Assembly: GCA_036401175.1 (NCBI GenBank)
Contig: DASWVP010000220.1
Coordinates: 212-64,211, forward strand
Direction: 5' to 3'
Origin: Azospirillum sp.
Lineage (GTDB): Bacteria > Pseudomonadota > Alphaproteobacteria > Azospirillales > Azospirillaceae
Length of the DNA: 64,000 bases
Shown: positions 52,672-61,733 of the stretch, one piece after another
Numbering within the stretch: position 1 is the stretch's first letter
How the letters are laid out: every line of letters starts with the position of its first letter
Program-made: the position numbers and the translations under genes
Notes under the pieces: model-generated
What the model saw: the letters and a program-made list of their open reading frames with translations, nothing else
Told to the model about the DNA's origin: nothing
Database searches by the model: none

Positions 52672-52788
52672 TCAGTCGGCCGGGCGCGTCCCATCCGCCG
52701 GCCGGTCCGTTCCGGCCCGGCGGTTCATCGACACCATGGAGTCATCGTACGTGAACTCCGGCAGGTCGCCGATGTCGGACTGCGTCAT
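52672..52788 (-). CDS. Small hypothetical peptide (38 aa)
   Basis: AAGGGGAGA RBS before ATG; MTQSDIGDLPEFTYDDSMVSMNRRAGTDRPADGTRPAD. Confidence 0.45.
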   Translation of the reverse strand: MTQSDIGDLPEFTYDDSMVSMNRRAGTDRPADGTRPAD

Positions 52789-52891
52789 GGCCCGGTCTCC
52801 CCTTCGGCGCGTGGACGCGTGCCGGCCCGGCGGCGAGCCCGCCGATCCGGCCCCCTCCATGCTATCAGGCCAAGTTCGCGCTCAGCCGGCG

Positions 52892-52905
52892 TTGACATCC
52901 ATCAA
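52892..52905. promoter_or_regulatory. FNR/FixK box
   Basis: TTGAC-ATCC-ATCAA versus TTGAT-N4-ATCAA, upstream of the HTH/ATPase/USP genes. Confidence 0.75.
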
Positions 52906-52968
52906 CTCGACATCCGTCGGCCTGTGCCAGCATAATTCAGGACAAACCCCGATAAACCGGCTTCAGCC

Positions 52969-53163
52969 ATGCTCAGCAAACCCCTTATGACGGTGCACGA
53001 GGTCGCCGAGATCCTGAAGGTTTCCGAGGACACGGTGCGCGAGTGGATCCACGCCAAGTCCCTGCGCGCCATCAAGTTCGGCCGGGAATGGCGGGTGGCC
53101 GTCCGCGACCTGGAGAGCTTCCTGAACGCCCGCGCCAACCGGCAGCCCGGGGACAACACATGA
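52969..53163 (+). CDS. Excisionase-like (HTH_17) DNA-binding protein
   Basis: LMTVHEVAEILKVSEDTVREWI....LRAIKFGREWRV. Confidence 0.9.
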   Translation: MLSKPLMTVHEVAEILKVSEDTVREWIHAKSLRAIKFGREWRVAVRDLESFLNARANRQPGDNT

Positions 53164-53191
53164 GGGAACACCGCAAACGGGAGGTCGTGCC

Positions 53192-53459
53192 ATGCTCCTC
53201 GACACCCCCAGGGAAAGCCGGCCGGATGCCGCAGGCCGAGACGCCGCGCCGGCGTCCGACGTGCCCGCGTGGCACGTTCTCGGTGTCCCGGACGCCGAGG
53301 CCCTGCTGGGCGTCCGCCCCGACAGGCTGAGCGCGACGGAAGCCCGCGAGCGCCTGCTGCGCCACGGGCCCAACAGCCTGCCGCCGCCAGAGACCCGCAG
53401 CCCGCTGGGGCGCTTCCTGATGCAGTTCAACAACCTGCGGATCCAGATCCTGCTGGTCG
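53192..53459 (+). pseudogene. N-terminal remnant of a cation-transporting P-type ATPase
   Basis: WH...LS..EARERL..HGPNSL...RFL.QF.N..I.ILL; similarity then ends. Confidence 0.85.
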
Positions 53460-53633
53460 CTCACCAGCACCGACAGCGCCGACACCAGATGTCTGCTGCA
53501 CGCTGGTGCCGATCTCGTCATCAGCCCCTTCAAGGACGCCGCGGCGCGTGCCGTGGAACGCATCGTCGAGGCGTGGCCCGGCGGCGTTCCCGGGCGCCGC
53601 AGGACCCTGGAGGCGGCGGAGGGCGGGCCATGA
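53460..53633 (+). pseudogene. C-terminal remnant of a CPA2/TrkA-N cation:proton antiporter
   Basis: A different frame reads LTS...LLHAGADLVISPFKDAAARAVERI. Confidence 0.6.
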
Positions 53634-53667
53634 GATTCACACGTTCCGATGGTCGCGGAGGTTCGTC

Positions 53668-54567
53668 ATGAAGCATCTTCTCGTGGCTTCCGACCTGTCC
53701 CGGCGCAGCGTCCTGGCGGTCGCGCAGGCCCTGTTCCTGGCCCGGCGCTTCGGTGCCTCCCTCACGGTCCTGCACGTGGTGGACGACGAGCTGCCGCCGG
53801 CCATGTTCGACACGGCGCGGGATCAGGCGCTGTCCAACCTGCGCGCCACCGTGGACGCCCTGGCTGGGACGGCCTTGGCGCGCGTCGACGTGCGCGTGAC
53901 CGGCGGGCTGGATTTCCAGGCCATCGGCGAGGCGGCGGAGGCGGAGGACGCTGCGCTGATCGTTCTCGGCGCGCACCGGCGCAGCATCCTCAAGGACGTG
54001 CTGACCGGCACCACGGTCGAGCGGGTCATCCGCAACACGACCCGCCCGGTGCTGGTCGTCCACCGCCCGGCCCCCGGCGATTACGCCTGCACGCTGGCCG
54101 CCGTCGACCTGGCCGAGCCGGAGGCCGAGGTGGTGCGCGTGGCCAGCGAACTGGCGGGCGGCCACACGCTCTACCTCATGCACATCCTCAACGCGGCGGT
54201 CGCCCTGCAACGGAAGGTGGCGCACCCGGACGGCGAGGAGATCGCGCGGTACCGGAGGTCCATGGAGGAACAGGCGCGCGCCTCCCTGCGCCGGATGGCC
54301 GAGCGCGCCGGACTGACCGCGGCGGACTACCTGCCGGTGCTCGAATGGGACGCGGTGGTGCCGCGGATCCTGGACGCGGCACAGACGTTCCGTGCGGACC
54401 TCGGGGTCGTCGGCACGCGGACGCACGCGAAGGGACCCGTCGAGCGCTTTCTGCTGGGCAGCGTCGCGGAGGACCTGCTGCTCAACATGCCGTGCGACGT
54501 CCTGGCGGTCCCGCTGCCCGATCACGCCGGATCGGCCGGGGCCACGGCGGCGGCCATGCCGCGCTGA
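53668..54567 (+). CDS. Universal stress protein (tandem USP domains)
   Basis: LLVASDLS, LIVLGAH, GTTVERV; second domain LGSVAEDLL...CDVLAV; GGAGG RBS. Confidence 0.92.
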   Translation: MKHLLVASDLSRRSVLAVAQALFLARRFGASLTVLHVVDDELPPAMFDTARDQALSNLRATVDALAGTALARVDVRVTGGLDFQAIGEAAEAEDAALIVLGAHRRSILKDVLTGTTVERVIRNTTRPVLVVHRPAPGDYACTLAAVDLAEPEAEVVRVASELAGGHTLYLMHILNAAVALQRKVAHPDGEEIARYRRSMEEQARASLRRMAERAGLTAADYLPVLEWDAVVPRILDAAQTFRADLGVVGTRTHAKGPVERFLLGSVAEDLLLNMPCDVLAVPLPDHAGSAGATAAAMPR

Positions 54568-54931
54568 TTCAGCGAGGCGTGCACCTCATCATCGTGGCAG
54601 CGAATTGGGCAAGGGGGCGCTGTTCCGCTGCCGGTTGATTTGAAGGTTGTCTTTACCGGCCGATCCTTCACCTCTATCGCGACGATGCCGTCCGTCAGCG
54701 TCATTGTCGTAATACAAGTGAACGTCGCTTCCTGCACGCGAACAGGCGGGCCGGTAGCACCGGAACGGGCGCGCCCCGGTCCTGATCGCAACACCCTTCA
54801 AGGACGGATGATCCCTGGCGCGGTCCCGTGGATCGGCGCCACCGGCGCCGCCGGTGCGGGGAGCCGAGGGGCGCCGCCCCTACGCCCCGCCGGGCCCGCC
54901 GCCTACGGCGGGTACTCCCCCGTACCCCGGT

Positions 54932-55160
54932 CTCGCCGACGTCCACGCCCGCGTCACCGCCCGCATCCTCGCCGACCTGGAAATGGGCGTGCGCCCGTGG
55001 ATGACCGCCGTGGAGCGCGGCTATGTCTCGCCCTTCTGGTTCACCTACCGGCAGGCCCAGGCGGCGGGCGGGCAGGTGCGGCGTAGCGAGCGCGGCACGC
55101 TGGTCGTCTACGCCGGCACCGTCACCCGCCCCGAGCCGGGCGACGACGGCGAGGAGAGCG
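54932..55160 (+). pseudogene. ArdC-like antirestriction/ssDNA-binding protein fragment
   Basis: DVHARVTARILADLE.GVRPW and GY.SP.W.TYRQAQ..GGQVRR.ERGT.VVY, with the intervening segment deleted. Confidence 0.8.
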
Positions 55161-55290
55161 ATCTACCTGCCGTTCGACGCGGCGGGGGACGGGCGGCTGG
55201 ACCATGTGCTGATCCACGCCCGCGGCGGGCTGGACCGCGCCTCCGTCGCCGTGCTGGCGGCGGTGGAGCGGGTGTACGACGGGGCGGGGG
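55161..55290 (+). pseudogene. Possible fragment of type I-G (I-U) CRISPR protein Csb2
   Basis: YLPFDAAGDGRLDHVLIHARGGLD resembles the Csb2 YLPxDxDGDGxIDH..V....G motif as I recall it. Confidence 0.55.
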
Positions 55291-55348
55291 GACGCCGGCA
55301 CGATGCGCTTCGCCGGAGCACGCTTCCGGCCGGTAGCCGGCTGGCAGT

Positions 55349-55447
55349 CTACAACGCCATGTCCGGTTGGTGAACGTACCGCGACGTCACGCCGCGCCCT
55401 TTATGTCCAAGCAGTGCGGCGATCGTCGCGTCCGAGTACGTCTTTTT
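55349..55447 (-). pseudogene. Tyrosine recombinase/integrase C-terminal fragment
   Basis: YSDATIAALLGHKGRGVTSRYVH: LLGH...T..Y catalytic box. Confidence 0.8.
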
Positions 55448-55602
55448 CCGAAGGAGGGGTGAACCGTGGGTGCTCCCTGTCAAGGCGCGCGCCGTCCTCA
55501 TCAGGTGCCATGGCCGGCATCTCGGAAGAAGACGCGGAACACTGCCATCCAGACAGGGCGTCCACGGCCGACGGCGGCCACAGGCTTTTGGGGGAGATGG
55601 GC

Positions 55603-57399
55603 TTACTTCGGCCCCCGCTCCTGTGCGGCCCGGCTCGCCGATGCCGTGGTTTCCAACCCTTGCAACCGCGCGGGGCCGCAGGCGCGGTCCAGCACCAGTC
55701 TGTGGGTGTGGTGCTCGGCCTGCTTGGCGTTGCTCCCGATGGTCAGAAGCGTCGCGGCGGGGAACTCCTCGTCCAGCAGGCGCATCATGTCCTCCTCGCC
55801 CGCGGGGTCGAGGGCGTTGCCGGCGTCCTCCACGAAGATCCACTCGGGCCGGCGGATCAACAGGCGGGCAAAGCCCAGGCGCTGCTGCTCGGCCAACCCC
55901 AGCGCCTCGTCCCAGCGCTCGTCGTCGTCAAGGCGGGCGCACAGCTGGTGCAAACCGACCCGGTCGAGAGCCCGGCAGGCCGCATCGCCGTCGACCGTCT
56001 CCGGGGCGCCAGGATAGCTGAGCGCGGCGCGCAGCGGGCCGTGCGGCAAGTACGGGCGTTCGGGCATGAAAAACATGCGCGTCCGGGCTGGCAGCGCGAT
56101 ACGCCCGGCGCCCCAAGGCCAGACACCCGCCACGGCGCGGAACAGCCGCGTCGCGGCCCGCGCATCGCCGGTGATCAGCACGCGCTGGCCCGGCCGAATG
56201 TCGGCGCTGAAGCGCTCGATGACGGGACGACCGTCGGCTTCCGTGAGAGTCACGTCGTGAAACGACAGCGCGGTTCCGGTGCCCGTGCGGTCCACCAGGA
56301 TCCGCCCCGCGTCTCCACCATCCGCTTCCTGATCCAAGCGGGCGAGCGCATCGTGCAAGCCCAGGACGCGTTCGACCGATGCCTTCCATTCGGCGACCCG
56401 CGGCAGGTTGTCGATGGGCCAGGACAGCGCCGCCACGGCCTGCTGGAACGCCTGCGCCGTCTGCATCAGAACGCCGAGGGTGATCGCACCGGCGATGTAG
56501 CTCGGCGCGGCCACCAGGATCGGAACGGCCATGGACAGCACCGAGTAGGAGGCGCTGAACAGCATGACGTTGGCCAGGGCGCCGGTCTGACGATCCCAGG
56601 CGTGGCGGACCCCGCGGAAGAGGCCCATGAGGCGAGCCCGTTCACCGGTTTCGCCATGCAGCAGCGCGATGGGCAGCGCGTGATCCCGGATGCGCGCCAG
56701 CCCGAAGCGAAAGTCCGCTTCGTTGCCCTGGCGCCGATCGGCGGCGCGGACCAGCGGTTGTCCAACCACCAGAGCGATCGTCGTGCCGGCGGCGGCGTAG
56801 AGCAACGCGATGTGCAGCAGGTATCCAGGCACCGCGACCGTGATGCCGGCCACCGTCACCACGGCCGTCCCGGAGAGCATCCACAGGATGTTGCTGAAGC
56901 TGAGCAGCAGGAGCACGCAGAAGCCGAGCGAATGGGCGAGGTCGATGGCGTATTCGGTGGCGATGCGGACGTCTTCGGCGACCCGGCCGTCGGGGTTGTC
57001 GTGGTGACCTGGAAGATGGGTGACCTGATGCTGCCGCCCGTCCGCCAGCCATTCCGCGAGGAGCTTGTGCGTCAGCCACTCCCGCCAGCCCAGCTGCAGC
57101 GTCCGTTTTACGCGGAGATGGGCGACCATGACGGCGACGTTGAACGCGATGATGCCGAACACGGCGCCGATCATGATCAGGAAGCGGTCCATGGAACGCT
57201 GTTCCAGCGCGTCGAACAGCCGCTCGCTCCAGAGATTGATCAGGATCGGAACGATCACCTGTCCGACCGTCAGGACGGCGAGCGCCAGGGCGAGCAGGCG
57301 CACCCGCAGCGTTCCGGGGCCGGACCAGTAGCCGCCGGCAATGGTAAGAAACGGCCGGCCGAACCCGACGAGGTCTTTCAAGGTGTTCCGCGTGGCCAT
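55603..57399 (-). CDS. ABC transporter permease/ATP-binding fusion (YddA/ABCD-like) with degenerate Walker motifs
   Basis: DNPDGRVAED, EADFRFGL, FMPERPYLP.G.LR, EQQRLGFAR; Walker A reads GDARAAT and Walker B reads FVEDA. Confidence 0.85.
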   Translation of the reverse strand: MATRNTLKDLVGFGRPFLTIAGGYWSGPGTLRVRLLALALAVLTVGQVIVPILINLWSERLFDALEQRSMDRFLIMIGAVFGIIAFNVAVMVAHLRVKRTLQLGWREWLTHKLLAEWLADGRQHQVTHLPGHHDNPDGRVAEDVRIATEYAIDLAHSLGFCVLLLLSFSNILWMLSGTAVVTVAGITVAVPGYLLHIALLYAAAGTTIALVVGQPLVRAADRRQGNEADFRFGLARIRDHALPIALLHGETGERARLMGLFRGVRHAWDRQTGALANVMLFSASYSVLSMAVPILVAAPSYIAGAITLGVLMQTAQAFQQAVAALSWPIDNLPRVAEWKASVERVLGLHDALARLDQEADGGDAGRILVDRTGTGTALSFHDVTLTEADGRPVIERFSADIRPGQRVLITGDARAATRLFRAVAGVWPWGAGRIALPARTRMFFMPERPYLPHGPLRAALSYPGAPETVDGDAACRALDRVGLHQLCARLDDDERWDEALGLAEQQRLGFARLLIRRPEWIFVEDAGNALDPAGEEDMMRLLDEEFPAATLLTIGSNAKQAEHHTHRLVLDRACGPARLQGLETTASASRAAQERGPK

Positions 57400-57478
57400 G
57401 ATCACACCCGCGTTGCGCGTCGTGCCGGGACGCCGGCCACCGGACGCAAGGCCGCGGCGTCGTACGGCGGGGACGGGG

Positions 57479-57667
57479 TCAGGGGCGCGCAGCCGGTGCG
57501 GCGTGGCGGACCACCTGCTCGCGCGCCCGTGCGCCGTCACGGTTGTCGTCCAGGGCGGCAAAGGCCTGCGCGATACGGCTGCCGGTGTCGTCGGTGGCGC
57601 CGCCGCATGGCGCAGGGCCGAGGGTGAGCACCAGGCCCGGCCCGAGGGCAAGAAGTGGCAGCGACAT
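57479..57667 (-). pseudogene. Possible remnant of an exported EF-hand protein
   Basis: Signal-like N-terminus then AFAALDDNRDG; GGAGG upstream; sequence degenerates afterwards. Confidence 0.4.
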
Positions 57668-58095
57668 GATCGGCCTCCATGACTCGCGTCGCGGCGGCAT
57701 GACGCCACCGGTCGTCGCGCCATGATACGGCGGCCCCGCGGACAGTGGGTTTACCAAGGTTAATCGGCGCCTGGGCCGCCGACCGGAGATCGCCCTTTTC
57801 CATGGCCGTTCTTAACCTGGGTTAGCGCGTGTTCGCTCGTGGCGCCTACCGTACCCATAGTGGCCGTCCGCATCACGGGGAGGCCGGCCGGATCTTGCCG
57901 GTCCCGCGCCGGCGCACGTGACCGCCCCGGCGCGGATGATCGTCGGTGGCGAGGATCGCCCGGTCACCGCGCTGGCGGTCGCATGGTTCGGGGAGCATCT
58001 CGTCGGGCCGGCTGCGGGGCCAGGCAACGCGTGATCGCCGCCACCCGGCGGCCACGCCGCAGCCGTGGCCACCTGCACCGAAAGGGGACGTATCC

Positions 58096-58956
58096 ATGTC
58101 GTACCGCATCATCCTCCTGCCCATGGACGGCGGCGACGCCGACGGCCCGGCGCTGCACGCGGCGTTCGATCTGGCGAAGGAGTTCAACAGCCACGTCGAC
58201 GCGCTCTGTGTCAGCGCGGTGCCGGAGGACAGCGTGCCGTTGCTGGTGAACGGCATGACCGCATCGGCCGTGCAGGAGATCCTCGAAGCGGCGCAGGCCG
58301 ACATCGACGCCCGCCGCGAGCGCACCCGGCAGCTCTTCCACCGTTCGATGGACTGCTGGAGGTTCAGGGCCGCCGGAGAGGGGGCGTTCGGGGACGGGCC
58401 CTCCGGCGCGTGGCGGGAGAGGTCCGGCCTGGCCGAGGATCTGCTTCCCGGAGAGGCTCGGTGGTCCGACCTCGTCGTCTTCGCCTATGCCCCCGACGAC
58501 ACCGTCCATGGCTCCGCCATCGAGGCGACGCTGGTGGGCGCCGGGCGGCCCGTCCTGATGGTTCCGCCGGACAGGGCCACCCCGATCGGGCGTTTCGTCG
58601 CCATCGCCTGGAACGGCAGCGTGGAGGCCGCGCGGTCGGTGGTCGCCGGTCTTCCCTTCCTCCTGCGCGCCGACGGTGTGGCGGTGCTGATGGCCGCACC
58701 GTCGGCGCCGCTGGAAACCGAGGGCGCCCGGTTGACCGACTATCTCGCCTGGCACGGGATCGAGGCCAATATCGTCGCCGTGGATCCGGGCGAGGAACAC
58801 ACCGGTCCGGTGCTGGCGGCCAAGGCGGCGGAGTTGGGCGCCGACCTCATCGTCATGGGCGCCTACGGGTACAGCCGACTGCGTGAATACGTGTTCGGCG
58901 GCGTCACGCGGCACGCGCTCCAGGACGCCGGCATCGCCCGCCTGCTGACGCACTGA
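58096..58956 (+). CDS. Universal stress protein (alphaproteobacterial tandem type)
   Basis: GRPVLMVP, IAWNGS.EAARSV, ADLIVMGAYGYSRLRE.VFGGVTR. Confidence 0.93.
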   Translation: MSYRIILLPMDGGDADGPALHAAFDLAKEFNSHVDALCVSAVPEDSVPLLVNGMTASAVQEILEAAQADIDARRERTRQLFHRSMDCWRFRAAGEGAFGDGPSGAWRERSGLAEDLLPGEARWSDLVVFAYAPDDTVHGSAIEATLVGAGRPVLMVPPDRATPIGRFVAIAWNGSVEAARSVVAGLPFLLRADGVAVLMAAPSAPLETEGARLTDYLAWHGIEANIVAVDPGEEHTGPVLAAKAAELGADLIVMGAYGYSRLREYVFGGVTRHALQDAGIARLLTH

Positions 58957-58973
58957 GGTTCCCCGCGCGGTGC

Positions 58974-59366
58974 TCAGGTGGCCGCCAGCGCCTCACGGAG
59001 CGCCGACGCGGAGACCGGCTTGGACAGCAAGCGGCACCCATGCCGCAGGATGTCGGCGATGCGGTCCGGTGCCGTCTCGCCGGTGAGCACGACGGCGGGA
59101 ATTCTGACGCCGTAGAGGTCGTGGATGTCGCGGATCGCCTCCAGTCCGGTTTGCCCGTGAGGCAGGCGGTAATCGGTGACGATGACGTGCGGCGTCCGGC
59201 GGCACCCGCCCAGAAGGGCGAGAGCCTCTTCGCCCGAAGCCGCTGCGACCACCGCGTAGCCCCATCCTTCCAGCAGCATCCGCAAGGATTGCAGGATCAG
59301 CAGGTTGTCTTCGATCACGACCACAAGAGACGCGCCCGAATGATCGGCCCCTCTTCCTGTTCGCAT
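58974..59366 (-). CDS. Single-domain response regulator receiver
   Basis: VIEDN, VTDYRLP, LTGE, LSKPV. Confidence 0.88.
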   Translation of the reverse strand: MRTGRGADHSGASLVVVIEDNLLILQSLRMLLEGWGYAVVAAASGEEALALLGGCRRTPHVIVTDYRLPHGQTGLEAIRDIHDLYGVRIPAVVLTGETAPDRIADILRHGCRLLSKPVSASALREALAAT

Positions 59367-59568
59367 GCAATCCGTCTCCTGGCTTCGGCAAGCGCCCATC
59401 CATAATCGAAAAAGAACTACAATGGATATTCGGCCTGGTAGAATAGGAGGACGGTGATCGTTCCGTCCATTGAAGAGGTGGCGAGGAGAGGAAAAGCAGC
59501 AACATAACGGAATGCGCGACTGTCCACCGGCAAGCCAGCGAAGATTGCACGGCTCTCGGATCGGAAGC

Positions 59569-60342
59569 CTAATGTTGACGTTCCAAGATCACCCGTACCT
59601 CTTGGCCGGCCGCCAGAGCACGGCGCTGCCGTATGTACTCCAGGGGGGGCTTGCCGAAGGCGGTGCGAAAACTCAGCCACAGGGTGGCGGGAGCAATACC
59701 CACCGCATGCGCGACCGTTCGGGTCCCGAGCCGAGCATCCGAAAGATGCTGTTCGATGTAGGCGCAGGCGGGACCCAGGTCCGGCTGCGCGACTTGGGAA
59801 TCGGCGGCCGGAGCCTCGATAAGCGCCGACCGGATCGCGTGCAGGGCAAGGAGCGTGGCCGCGGCCTCCAGTCCGGCGGGGGCCAGGGGCGCAGTTCCGG
59901 AGAAGGAATTGCCGAGCATGGCGGCGATCGCGTGTGCCGAGGAGTCGAACTGTCCGGCCACCGGGCGGACGCCGCGCACGTGGTCGATCCCGAACTCCTC
60001 CATGAGTACATCCTCGAAGCGGGAGGAGGATATGGTGACCGCCAGATACGCCCCGCTGTTCGGTGCGATGATCTTGGCCCGTGTTCCCGAGGGATAGAAG
60101 GACAGCCCGCCCGGCGGGATGACCACCCGGCGGAAGCGGTCGCTCTCCAGGGCGATGTCGCAGTGCGATTCACCCAGGTTGACCGACAGAACATGGTCGG
60201 TGAGCTGGAAATGCGTCTCGATCGAGCCGCCCTCGATGCAGTCGCAGACGCCCCAGGCGAGCGTTCGGCGCGCCCCCCACACAGGCATCTCGCGCACCGG
60301 GGGGCCATCGATGGGAACGCGGCGCTCGGGCACGTCCGTCAT
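59569..60342 (-). pseudogene. AraC family regulator lacking the second HTH; probably frameshifted or decayed
   Basis: First HTH present (YIEQHL...F...FGKPPLEYIRQRR), then early stop; LGFRSES appears in another frame downstream. Confidence 0.65.
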
Positions 60343-61196
60343 GACCGGTCGATCCTGTACCGAAGCGGCGTCACCCCGAACACGCGGCGGAACGTCGTGG
60401 AAAAGTGGCCCGGGCGGGAGAAGCCGCATCGCACGGCGATGTCGGCGACCGGGAGCCTGGTGGTCGCCAACAGGCGTCCGGCCCGCTGCAGGCGCCTGTC
60501 GGTGACGTAGCGGTACGGCGACCGGCCGACGTCCTGTTTGAAGCAGCGGGCGAAATGGTAGGGGCTCAGGCCCGCCACGGCGGCCAGCGCCTGCAGGGAA
60601 ATGTCGTCCGCGACGTGCTCCTCGATGTAGTCCAGCACGCGGCGCAACACCGCAGGAGACAGGCTGGCGCGGACGGATACCGCCTGCATGGGCGACGCAT
60701 GCCGGATGGCTTCGGCGGCGACGAGGGTGAGGAGGGACTCCCGATAGAGGGTCCCCCAGACCTGCGGCTCCGCTATGTAGTTGAGCAGCAGCCGGGTGAG
60801 CGGGGCGGCGTTCGGGGTGCGGATCGGCGACGTGGCGGCGAGCTTGGACGCATCCACGTCGCAAACGTCCGCGGTGAAGGAGGCAAGCCGTTCCGGTGGG
60901 ATGCCCACGATGGCGTAGTGATGGGGCTCGTCGCACGCGATCTGGAAGTCCGTGCCGGCCGGAAAATAGCTCAGATCACCCGGCGCCGAGTCGAGGGTAC
61001 GGAACCGGTCGGAGTTGACGGCGACCAAGCCCTTCGAGGGGCGGAACAGGGAGCAGATCCCCGCAACGTCGTGACCTCCCCGCGCGGTCATCGCCGGTGC
61101 CGTGATGCAGGTCAGCGCAAATCCACCGGCGTCCCAGTCCTCCACCTTCGGATGGCCTTGGTCCTGGAGAATGGGCTCAAGCCGGTAGGTCTGCAT
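60339..61196 (-). CDS. AraC family transcriptional regulator
   Basis: LRRVLDYIEEH...LAAVAGLSPYHFARCFK...GRSP...CGFS...HFSTTFRRVFGVTP. Confidence 0.92.
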   Translation of the reverse strand: MQTYRLEPILQDQGHPKVEDWDAGGFALTCITAPAMTARGGHDVAGICSLFRPSKGLVAVNSDRFRTLDSAPGDLSYFPAGTDFQIACDEPHHYAIVGIPPERLASFTADVCDVDASKLAATSPIRTPNAAPLTRLLLNYIAEPQVWGTLYRESLLTLVAAEAIRHASPMQAVSVRASLSPAVLRRVLDYIEEHVADDISLQALAAVAGLSPYHFARCFKQDVGRSPYRYVTDRRLQRAGRLLATTRLPVADIAVRCGFSRPGHFSTTFRRVFGVTPLRYRIDRS

Positions 61197-61319
61197 GATT
61201 CACGTCATGGTTCCGTCGGCAGGCCGGTTTGCGGCACTACGGCGCCACGCTTCGGACATGGCCATGGTAACCCTCCAGCAATGCTGGGGGCATTGCCCAT
61301 TGGGGGAGGATCAGGGGAT

Positions 61320-61733
61320 TCAGGGCGCCGGTTGCGCTTGCCGGCGCAGACGGTTGAACAGGATCTGGTCGTCCAGGAAGTGGTCGATCAGCCACAGGCG
61401 AAGGACGTGGGCCGCGTCGTGCAGGGCGTGATCGTCGGCCGCCTGGGCGTACAGCAAAGCCAGGCCGTCGACGAAGCCGCGGTGAGCGGCCACGTGTTCG
61501 GCTGCCAGAACACCATGGATCATCCGCTCTTCATTGCGGAAATGCAGCGCCGCCCAATCCCGTATCGAAGCAAGGCACTCCCGCCGCAGGTCGAGAGAGG
61601 TTCTTCGTGCGATGGCATGGAGCAGGTCGTTGTACAGTGTCACGAGGACCCGATGCTCGCTGTCTATGGACGCGATGCCGGTCTCGTAACCTGGAGACCA
61701 GGAAATTGCCGAGAGAAGAGGATCGGAAGCCAC
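61320..61733 (-). CDS. Bacteriohemerythrin-like protein (divergent)
   Basis: W...YETGIASIDSEH, HFRNEE, HVAAH, WLIDH. Confidence 0.82.
   Translation of the reverse strand: MASDPLLSAISWSPGYETGIASIDSEHRVLVTLYNDLLHAIARRTSLDLRRECLASIRDWAALHFRNEERMIHGVLAAEHVAAHRGFVDGLALLYAQAADDHALHDAAHVLRLWLIDHFLDDQILFNRLRRQAQPAP

Noticed and set aside
52969-55447. Functional integrase/excisionase module or prophage
   Set aside because: The integrase is only a ~30-codon fragment and no phage structural or conjugation genes are present.
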